A DNA stretch of 41,021 nt, taken from positions 1 to 41,021 of the forward strand of contig CAYSTP010000002.1 of the NCBI GenBank assembly GCA_964434085.1, given 5' to 3'. Positions 7,614-18,300 of the stretch are shown piece by piece. Below the pieces are notes generated by a model. It worked only from the letters and a program-made list of their open reading frames with translations, had not been told where the DNA came from and ran no database searches. The position numbers and the translations under genes were made by a program. Positions within the stretch are counted from its first letter, which is position 1; each line of letters begins with the position of its first letter. Origin of the DNA: an uncultured Pirellulales bacterium (GTDB lineage: Bacteria; Planctomycetota; Phycisphaerae; Sedimentisphaerales; Anaerobacaceae).

Positions 7614-9080
7614 ATGAGAGAATCCGGTAAAAGCGAATTCGCCGTCAACGACTACAAGAGATTGAGCAGGCAGAACAATCTGCTCTTTATCGCAGGCACT
7701 GTTTCTGTGCTGGCAGGCCTGTTCTTTCCGAAAATCCCCGCTCTTGTTGACCTTCTCATGATTTTCAGCCTGACTTTATCGGCGGCCGTTGTAGTCATCT
7801 GTCTGCGCGGCAGCAAACCCACCGAGCTGACTGGTTTGCCTCTTCTTGCAGTCACCGCCATTGCAGCCCTGCTAACAGCGACCATAGCCTCGGCAAAACT
7901 TCTAATTATTGGAGATGCCGCCGGTCTAATCATTACACGCGTGGCACGGTTCAACATCATAGCTAATATCTTGCCGGCGCCACTGAGTGCTGTGGTCTTT
8001 ACAGTAGTATCAATTGTGCTCCTTATAGCCGCGGCGAAATCAACAAGGAAGCTTCTGCTCAACAGCAAAACTTATCTCGAAGAGGTTACCTCCGTTGAAC
8101 AGACCCAGCCCGAATTTAATCTTGTCACTGCTGAGAGCGAACAGGAAAACCTAACAGCAAAAGAAAAGGGATTCTTTTATGCCGCCCATGCCTTCGGACG
8201 TCTGGCTGTATGGCTTTGTGTGCTGATATCATCGGTTGTTATGCTCAGCCTTTTTGGTACGGCTCTTGCCGACAAAACGCTCGTCAGTCTCGCTGCAGGT
8301 TCCGGCATAATTCTGCAGGGCTCAGCCTTTTTCGTAGCCCTCGCCGTATCTCATTTGACACGTAAGATTGCCTTACAATCATCGCAGAGGAATCGTATGA
8401 CCGAAGAGCAGTTCCAGCAGCGTATTAAGGTCGTCGCACGCGAAGTGGCTGCGATACAAACAGACAGCCATCTGCATCGTCCATCGAGCGACGAGCTACT
8501 CCACAGGACGCCCTACGGCCCAGCGACGAGCGACGCATCTTTGTTTGACTGTAACGAGTTCGAAGATGAAGCTTCGTACGACTGTGTGACAAATCTGCTG
8601 ACTGAATCGGGCGGTGGCAAAGTGCTGCTTATGGCCGCCTGTGGGTCGCAATATGCGCCTGTCACAATCCCTGTCAATATCGCCGTGCGCCTGGCTGCAA
8701 GAGGGCTAAAGACCCTGATAATCGACTTCGACCTGAAACGCTCCGCTGTGCAGCGGGTCTTCGAAACAGGCGACTGCAATTCGCGGGCGGTGAAAACATG
8801 TATTGAAAATATCTCGCTGATTTCCGGCAAACATCTTGCCCCTGCAAAAACGCACATGCTGCAACAATTATTCACAAAGGCGGAAAAGCTCTATGACTAT
8901 ATTATAGTCTATGCTCCGGATGCCGCTGTCGGGCCGCAAATGTCCGAATTCTTCACGACAGCTATGTTCTTCGGCACAGAAAATACCGTAACAAATCCAG
9001 TATTGGATAACTTAATCAACGAATTGAGCAAAACCGCTTGCCGGGTGCTCACACCCTCACCTTTGCTTCAGACAGCCTGA
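7614..9080 (+). CDS. Atypical fusion: degenerate FlhA-like transmembrane domain plus MinD/ParA/FlhG-like domain lacking the Walker A P-loop
   Basis: It occupies the flhA position after flhB. The N-terminal ~260 aa resemble the FlhA TM region by eye, but the FHIPEP loop and the FlhA C-domain are absent. The C-terminal KVLLMAACGSQYAPVTIPVNIAVRLAARGLKTLIIDFDL...YDYIIVYAPDA resembles a MinD fold, with ACGSQYAP where GKGGxGK[ST] should be. Confidence 0.55.
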   Translation: MRESGKSEFAVNDYKRLSRQNNLLFIAGTVSVLAGLFFPKIPALVDLLMIFSLTLSAAVVVICLRGSKPTELTGLPLLAVTAIAALLTATIASAKLLIIGDAAGLIITRVARFNIIANILPAPLSAVVFTVVSIVLLIAAAKSTRKLLLNSKTYLEEVTSVEQTQPEFNLVTAESEQENLTAKEKGFFYAAHAFGRLAVWLCVLISSVVMLSLFGTALADKTLVSLAAGSGIILQGSAFFVALAVSHLTRKIALQSSQRNRMTEEQFQQRIKVVAREVAAIQTDSHLHRPSSDELLHRTPYGPATSDASLFDCNEFEDEASYDCVTNLLTESGGGKVLLMAACGSQYAPVTIPVNIAVRLAARGLKTLIIDFDLKRSAVQRVFETGDCNSRAVKTCIENISLISGKHLAPAKTHMLQQLFTKAEKLYDYIIVYAPDAAVGPQMSEFFTTAMFFGTENTVTNPVLDNLINELSKTACRVLTPSPLLQTA

Positions 9081-9083
9081 AGC
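9065..9083. terminator. Hairpin between convergent operon ends (possible bidirectional terminator, no U-tract)
   Basis: GCTTCAG-acagc-CTGAAGC, a 7-bp stem with a 5-nt loop. It spans the stop codon of the plus-strand ORF and lies 9 nt from the fliD stop. No T-run on either side. Confidence 0.3.
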
Positions 9084-9091
9084 ACTGTGGC

Positions 9092-11149
9092 TTATGTCCC
9101 CAGACCCAGATAGCTCATCTGGCTTCGCAGCAGTGAAAGCATCTTTTCCAGCCGGGCAAAACGCCCAATCAGCCTTTCTTCCCTTACCTCCAGACGCTTT
9201 TCTTCAGCGTCAATCTTGTCCTGCAGCAGTTTAATCTGGTCGCTTATATGTTCCTGGTCAATCTGAATCGAGCCGGTAGTGGCCTTGAGCATCCTGTCAA
9301 GCGTATCTTCCATGGCGCCGGTGAACCCCTGCTTTACCCGTATGGTTGCATATATCGTGCCGCCCGGCGTTCCGGTAGTCGGCGCGGTTACCTGAAGACC
9401 GTTTTCCCCGTAAACTGCATTGCCGTTATCATCGAACGTACTATCGCCGGTAATCACATTATCGACAATGGTAGCCGCCCGATACGCCGAGTCACTTTCA
9501 CTCGAAAGTTTGAAATACGCCTCGGACAGATTGCCCGAACCGTCATAGACTACTTTGACCCGGTAGCTGCCGGCCGTAGTGTAGTCGCTGCTGGCGCCGT
9601 AGAACCTGACGTTGGCACCGTCGCTGCTGCCGCTCTTGTCCGCGCCGAGCAGGGCCAGAACACCGAGATAATCCTCGGCTATCGCCTCATCAAACTCGCC
9701 CGCGTCAAACGAGAGCATACCGTCTTTGTCAAGCTCAAAACCTATATGCGCAGGTGTAAGGAACGTGTCCAAATCTTCGATAAAGCCCATGGTCTGAGAA
9801 TAAAGCGGCGAGCTAATCTGCTCCTTTATCGTCCTGACCACAAAATCGCCCATCAAAATGCCCGCCGTCTTGAGCACATCGTTGTAACCGGTCTTCTCCT
9901 TGATATAAGCGACAGCGTCGTTATAGGCCTCGACAAACTTATCAATCTTGGTCTTTATCGAAGCCACGTCTCTGGTCATGGTAATCTGCTCGCCGGTTTC
10001 ATCAGTCGTATCGTGCAAATGAAGCGTCACACCGCTGATAACGTCGTCAATAGTGTTCGAGCTTCGCGTAATCCAATCCTCGGCCGCCGGCGGCCAGCCG
10101 TCTACCTTAATCTGGCTGTCCTGTGCCTGCTGCGTCTCGGTAAAGTCAGTCTCGGCAAAACCAACAAGCGACGCATCCACATCGCCGCCCTCGGTAACAT
10201 CCCAGTCGGTCGTCTCAGTGGGCAAGGTCAGTGTAGCTGTACTGCTGGTAAAGTCGAGGTCAATCGATATACCACTATCGCCCGATGTATCGTCTGTCAG
10301 AATAATCTGGCCGTTCTCGAAAACCGCCTTGGCCACACCATCGAATGCATCGTTTATTTCACCAATCAGGTGCTCGATACGGGTATTGGCAGTTACCGTA
10401 AGCTGAACCGGCGTTATCGCAGCACCGCTATGGTCCGTGCCGCTGATGGTTATCGTGTCGCCGGTGCCGAGCGTGCCGTCGAACTGGTCCAGCTCAGTAA
10501 TCTTTGTGCTCAGTGTGGCGTTGTCGCCGTCGGCGGTAAACTCCCAATTCATCTGCCACACCTCTGTACTGCTGGCATTGACGGAAATCCCGTAATCAGT
10601 ACCCGCATCGTTTCCGCTTAATACCAGATGATACCCATCGTTATAATAAAGCAGACCAGCCGTTACACCGGGGTTGTTGGCGTCATTATTTATCAGCCCG
10701 ACCAGATCAGAAAGCGTTGTGTCGGTGGTTGTTGTAATTATCACCTCCTTGTGATTGTACGAGTAAATGAATGTGCCCTCATCAACATAGTCCTCGGCGT
10801 ATTCCAGACCGGCGGTGTGGACCCATCGCTCGGCGCTGGCTAATTGATTGACAACAATCGTATGATTGCCCTCGAAGGCGTTATACGTCGCCTCGGCGCT
10901 GATTATGTCCGCATCGCTGCTGGCCACATTAAAGGACCGAAGCTTGTTCGCATCGGACAAATCACGCACCGTCGTTCGCAGAGTACCGAGCTTGCTTTCG
11001 ATATCACTCAGGGCATCTTTCTTCTCGTCATAGCCCTCTTTGCGGGTTTCATACATAGTAACCGTGCGACGTTCAATCGCCATAAGCGCCGCAATCAACG
11101 CCTGAGTATCTATACCCGTCGCAAGGCCGGGAAGTTGTATCGTTGACAT
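9092..11149 (-). CDS. fliD: Flagellar filament cap protein FliD (HAP2), enlarged
   Basis: N-terminus MSTIQLPGLATGIDTQALIAALMAIERRTV and a C-terminal coiled coil (LQDKIDAEEKRLEVREERLIGRFARLEKMLSLL) are FliD hallmarks. The central region is Thr/Ser/Asp/Gly-rich. Confidence 0.9.
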   Translation of the reverse strand: MSTIQLPGLATGIDTQALIAALMAIERRTVTMYETRKEGYDEKKDALSDIESKLGTLRTTVRDLSDANKLRSFNVASSDADIISAEATYNAFEGNHTIVVNQLASAERWVHTAGLEYAEDYVDEGTFIYSYNHKEVIITTTTDTTLSDLVGLINNDANNPGVTAGLLYYNDGYHLVLSGNDAGTDYGISVNASSTEVWQMNWEFTADGDNATLSTKITELDQFDGTLGTGDTITISGTDHSGAAITPVQLTVTANTRIEHLIGEINDAFDGVAKAVFENGQIILTDDTSGDSGISIDLDFTSSTATLTLPTETTDWDVTEGGDVDASLVGFAETDFTETQQAQDSQIKVDGWPPAAEDWITRSSNTIDDVISGVTLHLHDTTDETGEQITMTRDVASIKTKIDKFVEAYNDAVAYIKEKTGYNDVLKTAGILMGDFVVRTIKEQISSPLYSQTMGFIEDLDTFLTPAHIGFELDKDGMLSFDAGEFDEAIAEDYLGVLALLGADKSGSSDGANVRFYGASSDYTTAGSYRVKVVYDGSGNLSEAYFKLSSESDSAYRAATIVDNVITGDSTFDDNGNAVYGENGLQVTAPTTGTPGGTIYATIRVKQGFTGAMEDTLDRMLKATTGSIQIDQEHISDQIKLLQDKIDAEEKRLEVREERLIGRFARLEKMLSLLRSQMSYLGLGT

Positions 11150-11301
11150 TTCTGTCTCCTGTCAGTCAAATGGTCATAACAATTTCAAAAACACCGCGAA
11201 CGTCAATAATTTCGCCGGTATCAGAGTTCATCTTAATCTCAAATCGTCACAACGCCCTTTCTTATAGTACGCGTTCACCGGCACCAAAGGTTACCGGACT
11301 T

Positions 11302-12270
11302 CTATTGAAGCTTCGATTTTACATCCTCTATAACGCTCCGCAGCGTCTGTTCCAGTGACATTTTGGGTTCATAACCTGTTACTGCCTTAATCCTGTCAAG
11401 ACACGGCACCCGCCGCATCATATCATCAAACGGCTTGCCGTAAGCCTGTTCATAAGACAGGTACTGTTTTTTGCTGCTGCTGCCGGTAAGTTCAATTATC
11501 CTGTCGGCAAGAGCCTCAATAGTCACCTCCTCATCTGAACCTATGTTGTAAACACCTCCTGTGGCCTTGTCGCACTCCATCAACGCAATAAATCCGCCAA
11601 CAACGTCGCTCACATGTGCAAAACAGCGGCTCTGTTTGCCGGTACCATAAATATGGATAGGCTTATTTCTAAGCGCGCTGGTTACAAACCGCGGCACTAC
11701 CATACCGTATTGGCCGATTTGCCTCGGCCCGACTGTATTGAAAATCCGCACAACAACTACCGGCAGATTGAACTGGTCCCGGTAAGCAAACGCCAGAAAC
11801 TCATCTATCGCCTTACTGCACGCATAAGACCATCGCGCAAACCTCGTGCTGCCCAACACTGCATCATCATCCTCTGAAAACGGCACCGCCTCGCTCCTGC
11901 CGTAAACCTCACTGCTGGAGGCTATAAGCACTTTTTTGCCGTATCTGTTCGCACTTTCAAGCACGACCTCACAGCCGTGAATGTTGGTCTCGATGGTTCG
12001 CACCGGCTCATCCACAATAAGCTGCACACCCACCGCCGCCGCAAGGTGATAAACAACATCGCACTGCCTTATCAGGGCATCCATTATCTGTGCGTTGCGC
12101 ACACTGTCCTGCACGAAACTAAAGGACTTATTATCCTTCACTGATTGCAGATTTTTCAGACTGCCCGTACTGAGGTCATCTACAACCATCACCTGGTGAC
12201 CGGTCTGCAGCAGTTTTTCCACCAGGTGCGAGCCGATAAAGCCCGCTCCGCCCGTAACCAATGCTCTCAT
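11302..12270 (-). CDS. NAD-dependent NDP-sugar epimerase/dehydratase (extended SDR family)
   Basis: MRALVTGGAGFIGSHLV Rossmann motif, catalytic YACSK (YxxxK), SSSEVYG. Substrate specificity cannot be called from the sequence alone. Confidence 0.9.
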   Translation of the reverse strand: MRALVTGGAGFIGSHLVEKLLQTGHQVMVVDDLSTGSLKNLQSVKDNKSFSFVQDSVRNAQIMDALIRQCDVVYHLAAAVGVQLIVDEPVRTIETNIHGCEVVLESANRYGKKVLIASSSEVYGRSEAVPFSEDDDAVLGSTRFARWSYACSKAIDEFLAFAYRDQFNLPVVVVRIFNTVGPRQIGQYGMVVPRFVTSALRNKPIHIYGTGKQSRCFAHVSDVVGGFIALMECDKATGGVYNIGSDEEVTIEALADRIIELTGSSSKKQYLSYEQAYGKPFDDMMRRVPCLDRIKAVTGYEPKMSLEQTLRSVIEDVKSKLQ

Positions 12271-12326
12271 ATGCTGCCCTTTACATTCTTGGATTTAACA
12301 TGCTCACGTAATACGTTGTCCAGGCA

Positions 12327-15300
12327 CTAAGCGTTCACCAAAACAGCGTTCGAAAGACTTCCCTCAAGCCGCTCACATCTGTCTATAAGCTTTCTAATGT
12401 TACCGTTGCCGGGGTCGATTTCGAGGCAGCCTCTGAGTTGCTCACCTGCGCTTTGAAGGGCTGCTCCGGCATAATTCGGCATCTTAACCTCGATATAGGA
12501 TTGTCCCAGCGATATAAAATTCATCGCAACCAGACATTTGAAGTGCAGTTGCCTCATGCCGGATGGAATTTGCTCCCACTGCACCTCAGGAAACAGCTCA
12601 TCGTGCGAGAACGTCTCGGCGTAACTCTTTACAATTCCAAAATGCGCTCGCGCCTTATCTACACTGTACTGCCGCGACAGACTTTCAGAGGCCAATCGCC
12701 TATAATACAAAGCAGCTTTTAAGTGATGGGCCTTCAGTCCCGCCTTTACAAAGCGCCTCATCATATCATAATCTTCACCTATCCGCAGGGTCTCGTCGAA
12801 CAAACCTATTTTATCGAACACGCGCCTTCGAATGCAGGTTCTGAAGGGAACAACAGGAAACCCCGCACGGAATAAATCCCTGATAAGAATCCTGCGGTCG
12901 GCATATTCCGGTCGCTTGATTATCCGAATGGGTTTGCTGTCTTCCTCAACAAGATAATCATCGCAGTAAACCACATCAGCATCCTGATGCTCGTAGAACT
13001 CAGTAAGATGTCGGCCAATAAAGTCAACAGCGATAAAGTCGTCAGCATCGACCTTTATCAAAAACTCGCCGCGCGACTGCCGGATGCCTTCATTATGCGT
13101 TGCCGCCAGACCCCGATTAGCCTGTTTGAAGTATCTTATATGGTCATCTTTATAACTGCGTACTATTTCCTCCGTTCCGTCGGTGGAGCCATCATTGATT
13201 ATTACCAGCTCGAAGTTCCTGTAGTTCTGAATCAGCACAGACTCAATGGCCTGCCTTATATACTTTTCAGCATTGTACGCAGGCAAAATCACAGAAACGA
13301 GCCGATTTCTTCCGGTATGATATGTTTCAAACGTAGAGATATACGAGGTGCCGTACCTCTTTCCCACCTTATGCCGCTCGTAATAACTGTGAAACTCGTT
13401 GCCGTGCTCGATACCTTCCCGGTTGAAATAGTAAAGCCCAAGAAATTCCGGAATATGTTTGAAACAGTACCCTTCGGAAACACGTAACCAAAAATCCCAG
13501 TCGGCTGCACAATCCAGCGTCTCATCGAAATATCCTAATTCCTCATGCAACGAGCTGCGCCACATCGGCTGAGAACCTACACAACATCCCAAAAGCAGTC
13601 TTTCCCGGCTGTAATCCGGCTGCCGGTACGTTTCAACTGCATTGTGTTTCTCAAAAGTAGCGTTGGGCGTGTCCGTACATATTTGGTCGCCGTATACAAG
13701 AGCAACCTCAGGATTATTTATTAACTCATTTGACAAAATCTCAAGAGCATCCCTCCGATGCCGGTCGTCAGTATTGGCGTTAGTTAGAAACCTGCCACTG
13801 GCGGCCCTCACCGCACGATTCCACGCTGCATAAACACCCTCCTTTTGTTCGGTCTTTATATAGACTATGTTGCTATATCCGGCTTGAAACTCCTTCACAA
13901 TCGCCTCTTCGTTCTGTTGCGAGCCGCTGTTGACAACTATAATCTCAAGCCTGTCAGCAATGGTCTGGTTCTCCAGGTCTTCGAGGCAGCCCCTGATAAA
14001 TTTTTCCGAGTTATAAGTGGATACTATGGCAGAGACAAGATATTTATATTCCTTGTTATCCGACCTCACTTCCGACAGCGGGGTAACTGCCGGTTTGCCG
14101 TCTATGCCAAGACTGGCCCGAACAGCTTCTTCGACCATCTCGAATGAAATAGCCTTTATGCACTTAATATCCTTTCCGTATTTGCACTTCCAGTTACAGC
14201 CGAAACAATCCATTTTCTTATAAACCATTTTTGTCAGTTCACTGTAAGGCCAAAACCTCCCAAAGTGTCCTCCGCCCACTAACACTACGTGGGGACAACC
14301 TGCTACAACAGCAAGATGTGCCGGAGCCGTACATGGACTCACGCATAATCTGGACCTTGAAATAAGAGCCGCCAGTTGCCTTACCGACGTTTCCCCGCAA
14401 AGGTTATGGACATTCGGATGGTCCGTAAGCAATATAATCTTGTCCGCATTTAGCTTGTTTGCTTCCAGGCCGCAAATAATGACAGGGATATCCCGATGAC
14501 TTGAAATTAATTTTGACCAACCATCGATGCGCCAATCACGAATTGGAGATTGTGCAAATGGAGCAATAAGAATCGGATTTTCCACACGAATACGCTCTAA
14601 CAAACTTTCCGCAAAATCAACGTCATCTTTCGTAAACCACGCCGCAGGCGTATATTCTCCCTCTATTTTTGCGCCCAACTGACGCAGGAATTCTTCATTT
14701 CGAAACGTTTCCAGCTTAATTCCTTCCGAGGCCGGCAATATCCTCGTGAAGTATTTATTATTATTCTCAATCTGCTCGGCGGTCTGATTGGCGGTATCGC
14801 CTGAAGTGGTAATCCGCTCTTTAGCACCGCTGTTCATAGCGATAAAATCGCTGACCCTGTCTCTCGAATGGGCCGGGCAAATCGCAATGTCATATTTTCC
14901 TGACTGTATCTGACGTATAAATAGGCCGGCATATTCCTGGTCAGATGTAATTTTAGTACGGTTAAAAGTTATAATTTCATCTATATACGGATTGGCTTGT
15001 GCCAAATCGCCAACCTTATCAGCAACGACAAGGGTAATATGGCAGTTGGAATATAACTGCCTGAAATATTGAAATGAACCGCCGAATATCACGAGGTCCC
15101 CGATAGAATCGCTGCGAACTATAAGTACTTTCCTTATGTCACCACCAACTCCACAAAGGCCGGCATTTATCTTATGAATATTGTCCGCCGTCATTTCTAT
15201 CTTGATCTGCGTCCCATGATTACAGGGGGTTGTCAGCAATTCTGCCTTCAAACCACAGGACTGAATAAATTCCCAGACTCTATGGCCTTTCTGGGCAGGC

Positions 15301-18300
15301 ACAGAAGTATCAATCCGATGATTCACAGGACAAATGCCTGCATCATCTATAATTACTATCCCACCCTCTGCCATCATAGGTATAATCAACTGGAATTCAT
15401 TAAAGATAAAGTCTTTGTCATTAACAGAATCCAGAAATGCAAGGTGAAATTTCTGTTTCTCTAATCCATCCAGATATTTAATTGAATCCGACTGTATAAA
15501 TTCAATATTTGTTAACTCATGGCAAAGCTGCTTACTTACCCTCAAAGAATCCTCGCTTATATCAACGGATATAAGCTTGCCTCTATCGCCAAGTGAACGT
15601 GAAATATGATAAGTGCTGAAATGCTCTTCGTAAAAGCTGCGAATCGTACCTGTTTCGATTGCTGAAATCTTTTCATCCACAAAACTGCTTTTAAGCTGTT
15701 CGACGGCGGCAATTACATGCTCCATTGCCTTACCGCTGGAAGGTTTGGCTGCTTCTTCAAGCACAAAATCCATCATTACTTCCGGATGTGTCCCCTTGAA
15801 TTCTTCAGTATGAGAACTTTTATCACCTGTCCATATTGGATACTTGGCGTCAATATCGACACGATTCCACGGCTTCCATTTCATATAGCACTGTTCATAC
15901 CATTGCTCCAGGTCAACACCCCACGATTTTCCCCAGCCGTACCTGCGATAAAGCTCTATTTTCTGCTTTACTTGCTTGTCCAGAACGTAACTATAATGGT
16001 AAAATTTGACTCCCATCCTCCGCGTGGCAGTTCCGTCCAGAAGCTTCATTTGCTCCGTTGTCTTATCGATTCCAGGCCAAACCATCGTCGGTGGACGGTG
16101 CGTGGTAAATACGGCGCCCGGCACATATTTAAACAGCCTGCGATAATGGTTTCGCGGTTCGTAAAATTTCGGCGAAGTGAAAATATAATCCAGCCCCTTC
16201 CAGAAACTATCAGGAATGAAGTTTACCTGTGTGATTGTAGGGTCCTTTTTAAGAATACTCCTTATTTTCTCAAGGTCCTCACCTTTATAAACCTCATCGG
16301 AATCTATGAGCCAGACATAATCACCGGTGATACGCTTCAGCGCCTCGTTTTGCATATCGCACTTTTCCAGCCATTTGCCCTGAATAAGTTTTATCTTTCC
16401 TGCCGGGTCAGGGAACGACTTTATAAACTCAACCGTACCGTCGGTCGAGCTGCCGTCTGGATTGGCTGCGAACATGCATTTCTCCACCGCCCCTTCGACA
16501 ATAATAATCTCATTCGCAAAATCATAGATGCTCTTTAGGCTGTATTCTATGAAAGGCACCCCGTTAAGGACAATCATTACGAATGAAAATTTAGGCCCTG
16601 TTTCTGACATCTGCAAAGTCGTGGAAGTTTCGTTCTTGTTAATGCATTTTGCCGGCAGTTTTTCTTTCTCCGCCACCCGCCTCATGGCTGAAATACTGAC
16701 TCCGTGTTTCAGGTTCAGATAGTTTTCGTTTACTTTGTACCACTCCTGCCGAGCTTTTTTAGCTGCACCAGCCGTAGCATCGTGGTAGATAACAGCTCGC
16801 GGCCAATAAATTATCTTATTAAAACATTTGTATCTTTTGCCAATTCTATAACTCAAATCAGAACCTTCGGCTCCGAAAAGCAATGGGTCCATACCATTTA
16901 TATCTAAATATATCCCGGTAAGAAAAGCTGAGTTACCTTCCTGGTCACAGAAGGTACAGAAAGACCCATCGCCGCGGTCGTAGTTAAAAGCCTGACGGTT
17001 TGCCTCAGTGTCGGTTACCGGCAGCACCTTGCCCCGAAAACCGAAGATATCATATCTATTGAAAGCCTCTTTTATAGAACCGATGTAATCAGGACCAACG
17101 AACGCATCATCATCAAGAAAAGCGACAATTCCGCCTCTGGCAAAACAAGCTCCTATATTCCGCCCTTCTGAAAGGTAAAGATTCGCAGGGCATTTGATAT
17201 ACTGGTCGCAAAGCGGTTTGATAATACCCTCATCAGTCAGTCCGTTATCTACTACAATTACTTCGTACTTTTCGCGGGGAGTTTGCTGCTTTTCGACTGA
17301 TTCGATACACTTCCTGACATCTTCGGTTCTGTCATAAGTTACAATCACAACCGATACATCAACTTCTTTGGTCTTTTCGCCCCTGATAAATCGGGGCAGA
17401 CTTCTATAGTCAATCGAAGTTTTGTATTTGTGCATCAACTCGAAAGCCTCTTCAAATCTCTCCTTATTAAACTCGTCTTGTGCCTTCAAGAAATACTTTA
17501 CCGCTTCGCAATTAGCTTCGCCGCTTCCAACCGCTTGCAAAGGAGATGTTTGCATGGATTCATTTGGCTCTGCATGCCCTTTTGTGAGCATTATCCTCTC
17601 AAACATCTTCCTGTAGTTTTCCGCCTGTTTATTCCAGTCCCAGACTTGTATCGATTTGAGAATCTCCGCGGACATCTTTAATCGCAAAGCCGGATTGTCA
17701 CGAAGCAAAATTAGTTTATTCTTTATATCGTTGACATCCCGCTCGATAAAAAATCCGTTCTTGCCGTCTTCAATCAACTCCGGCATATTGCCAACACGAG
17801 TTGTCAGTAAAGGCGCTCCGCACGCCGCCGCCTCAAGACACGGATTCGGCGTACCTTCGGCGGTACTGGCACAGATATACACATCAATCGAGCGGTAAAA
17901 CTCGAGCATTTCGTCTCTGTTGCGCCATTTATCTTCGCGCGCCGCCACCACCAGTTCTACTCCCTCAACTGAATTCGTCGCCGGTACTATGAAGTCATGG
18001 TAGCCCCGTGTATTGCCGTGATTCTTTATACTGCCCGCCCAGCCGACTCTAAGTTTCTGATGCGCTTGCCTGCTGGGTGCAGGCCTAAAGAATTCGGTAT
18101 CAACCCCATTGGGCGTACAGAAGACCGGAACCTCGAAACACGGTGAAAATTCCTTGTACAAAAGCATACTGTTTACGAATATCCCGCGAGCCAGCTTCCT
18201 CATAAATCCAAGAATCTCATCCCGGCCCCCGGCCATCTCCTGATGCGAACAGATTCCAATCAACAGCTTATGTTTGTTTTGGATAAACACCTCGAGCAAC

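Noticed and set aside
9248-10621. 457-aa plus-strand ORF, the longest unexplained ORF in the track
   Set aside because: It lies entirely antisense to fliD, which has unmistakable FliD termini. Its translation is Arg/Gly/Leu-rich and low in complexity, typical of a shadow ORF opposite a GC3-biased gene.
11209-11235. Possible sigma-28-like promoter upstream of fliD (minus strand TAAG-N15-GGCGAAAT)
   Set aside because: Only about 5 of 8 matches in the -10 box and 3 of 4 in the -35 box. That is too weak to call without a species-specific matrix. It is worth re-testing if a FliA motif for this lineage is available.
11279-11294. CGGCACCAAAGGTTAC resembling a sigma-54 -24 element
   Set aside because: With correct GG-N10-GC spacing, the -12 position reads TA instead of GC. 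It is also on the plus strand with no downstream plus-strand gene.
16596-16630. In-frame Met opening domain 6 of the giant ORF (MSETGPKFSFVMIV...), considered as an independent gene start
   Set aside because: There is no stop codon upstream in frame and no Shine-Dalgarno-like sequence in the 20 nt before it. Treated as an interdomain linker.
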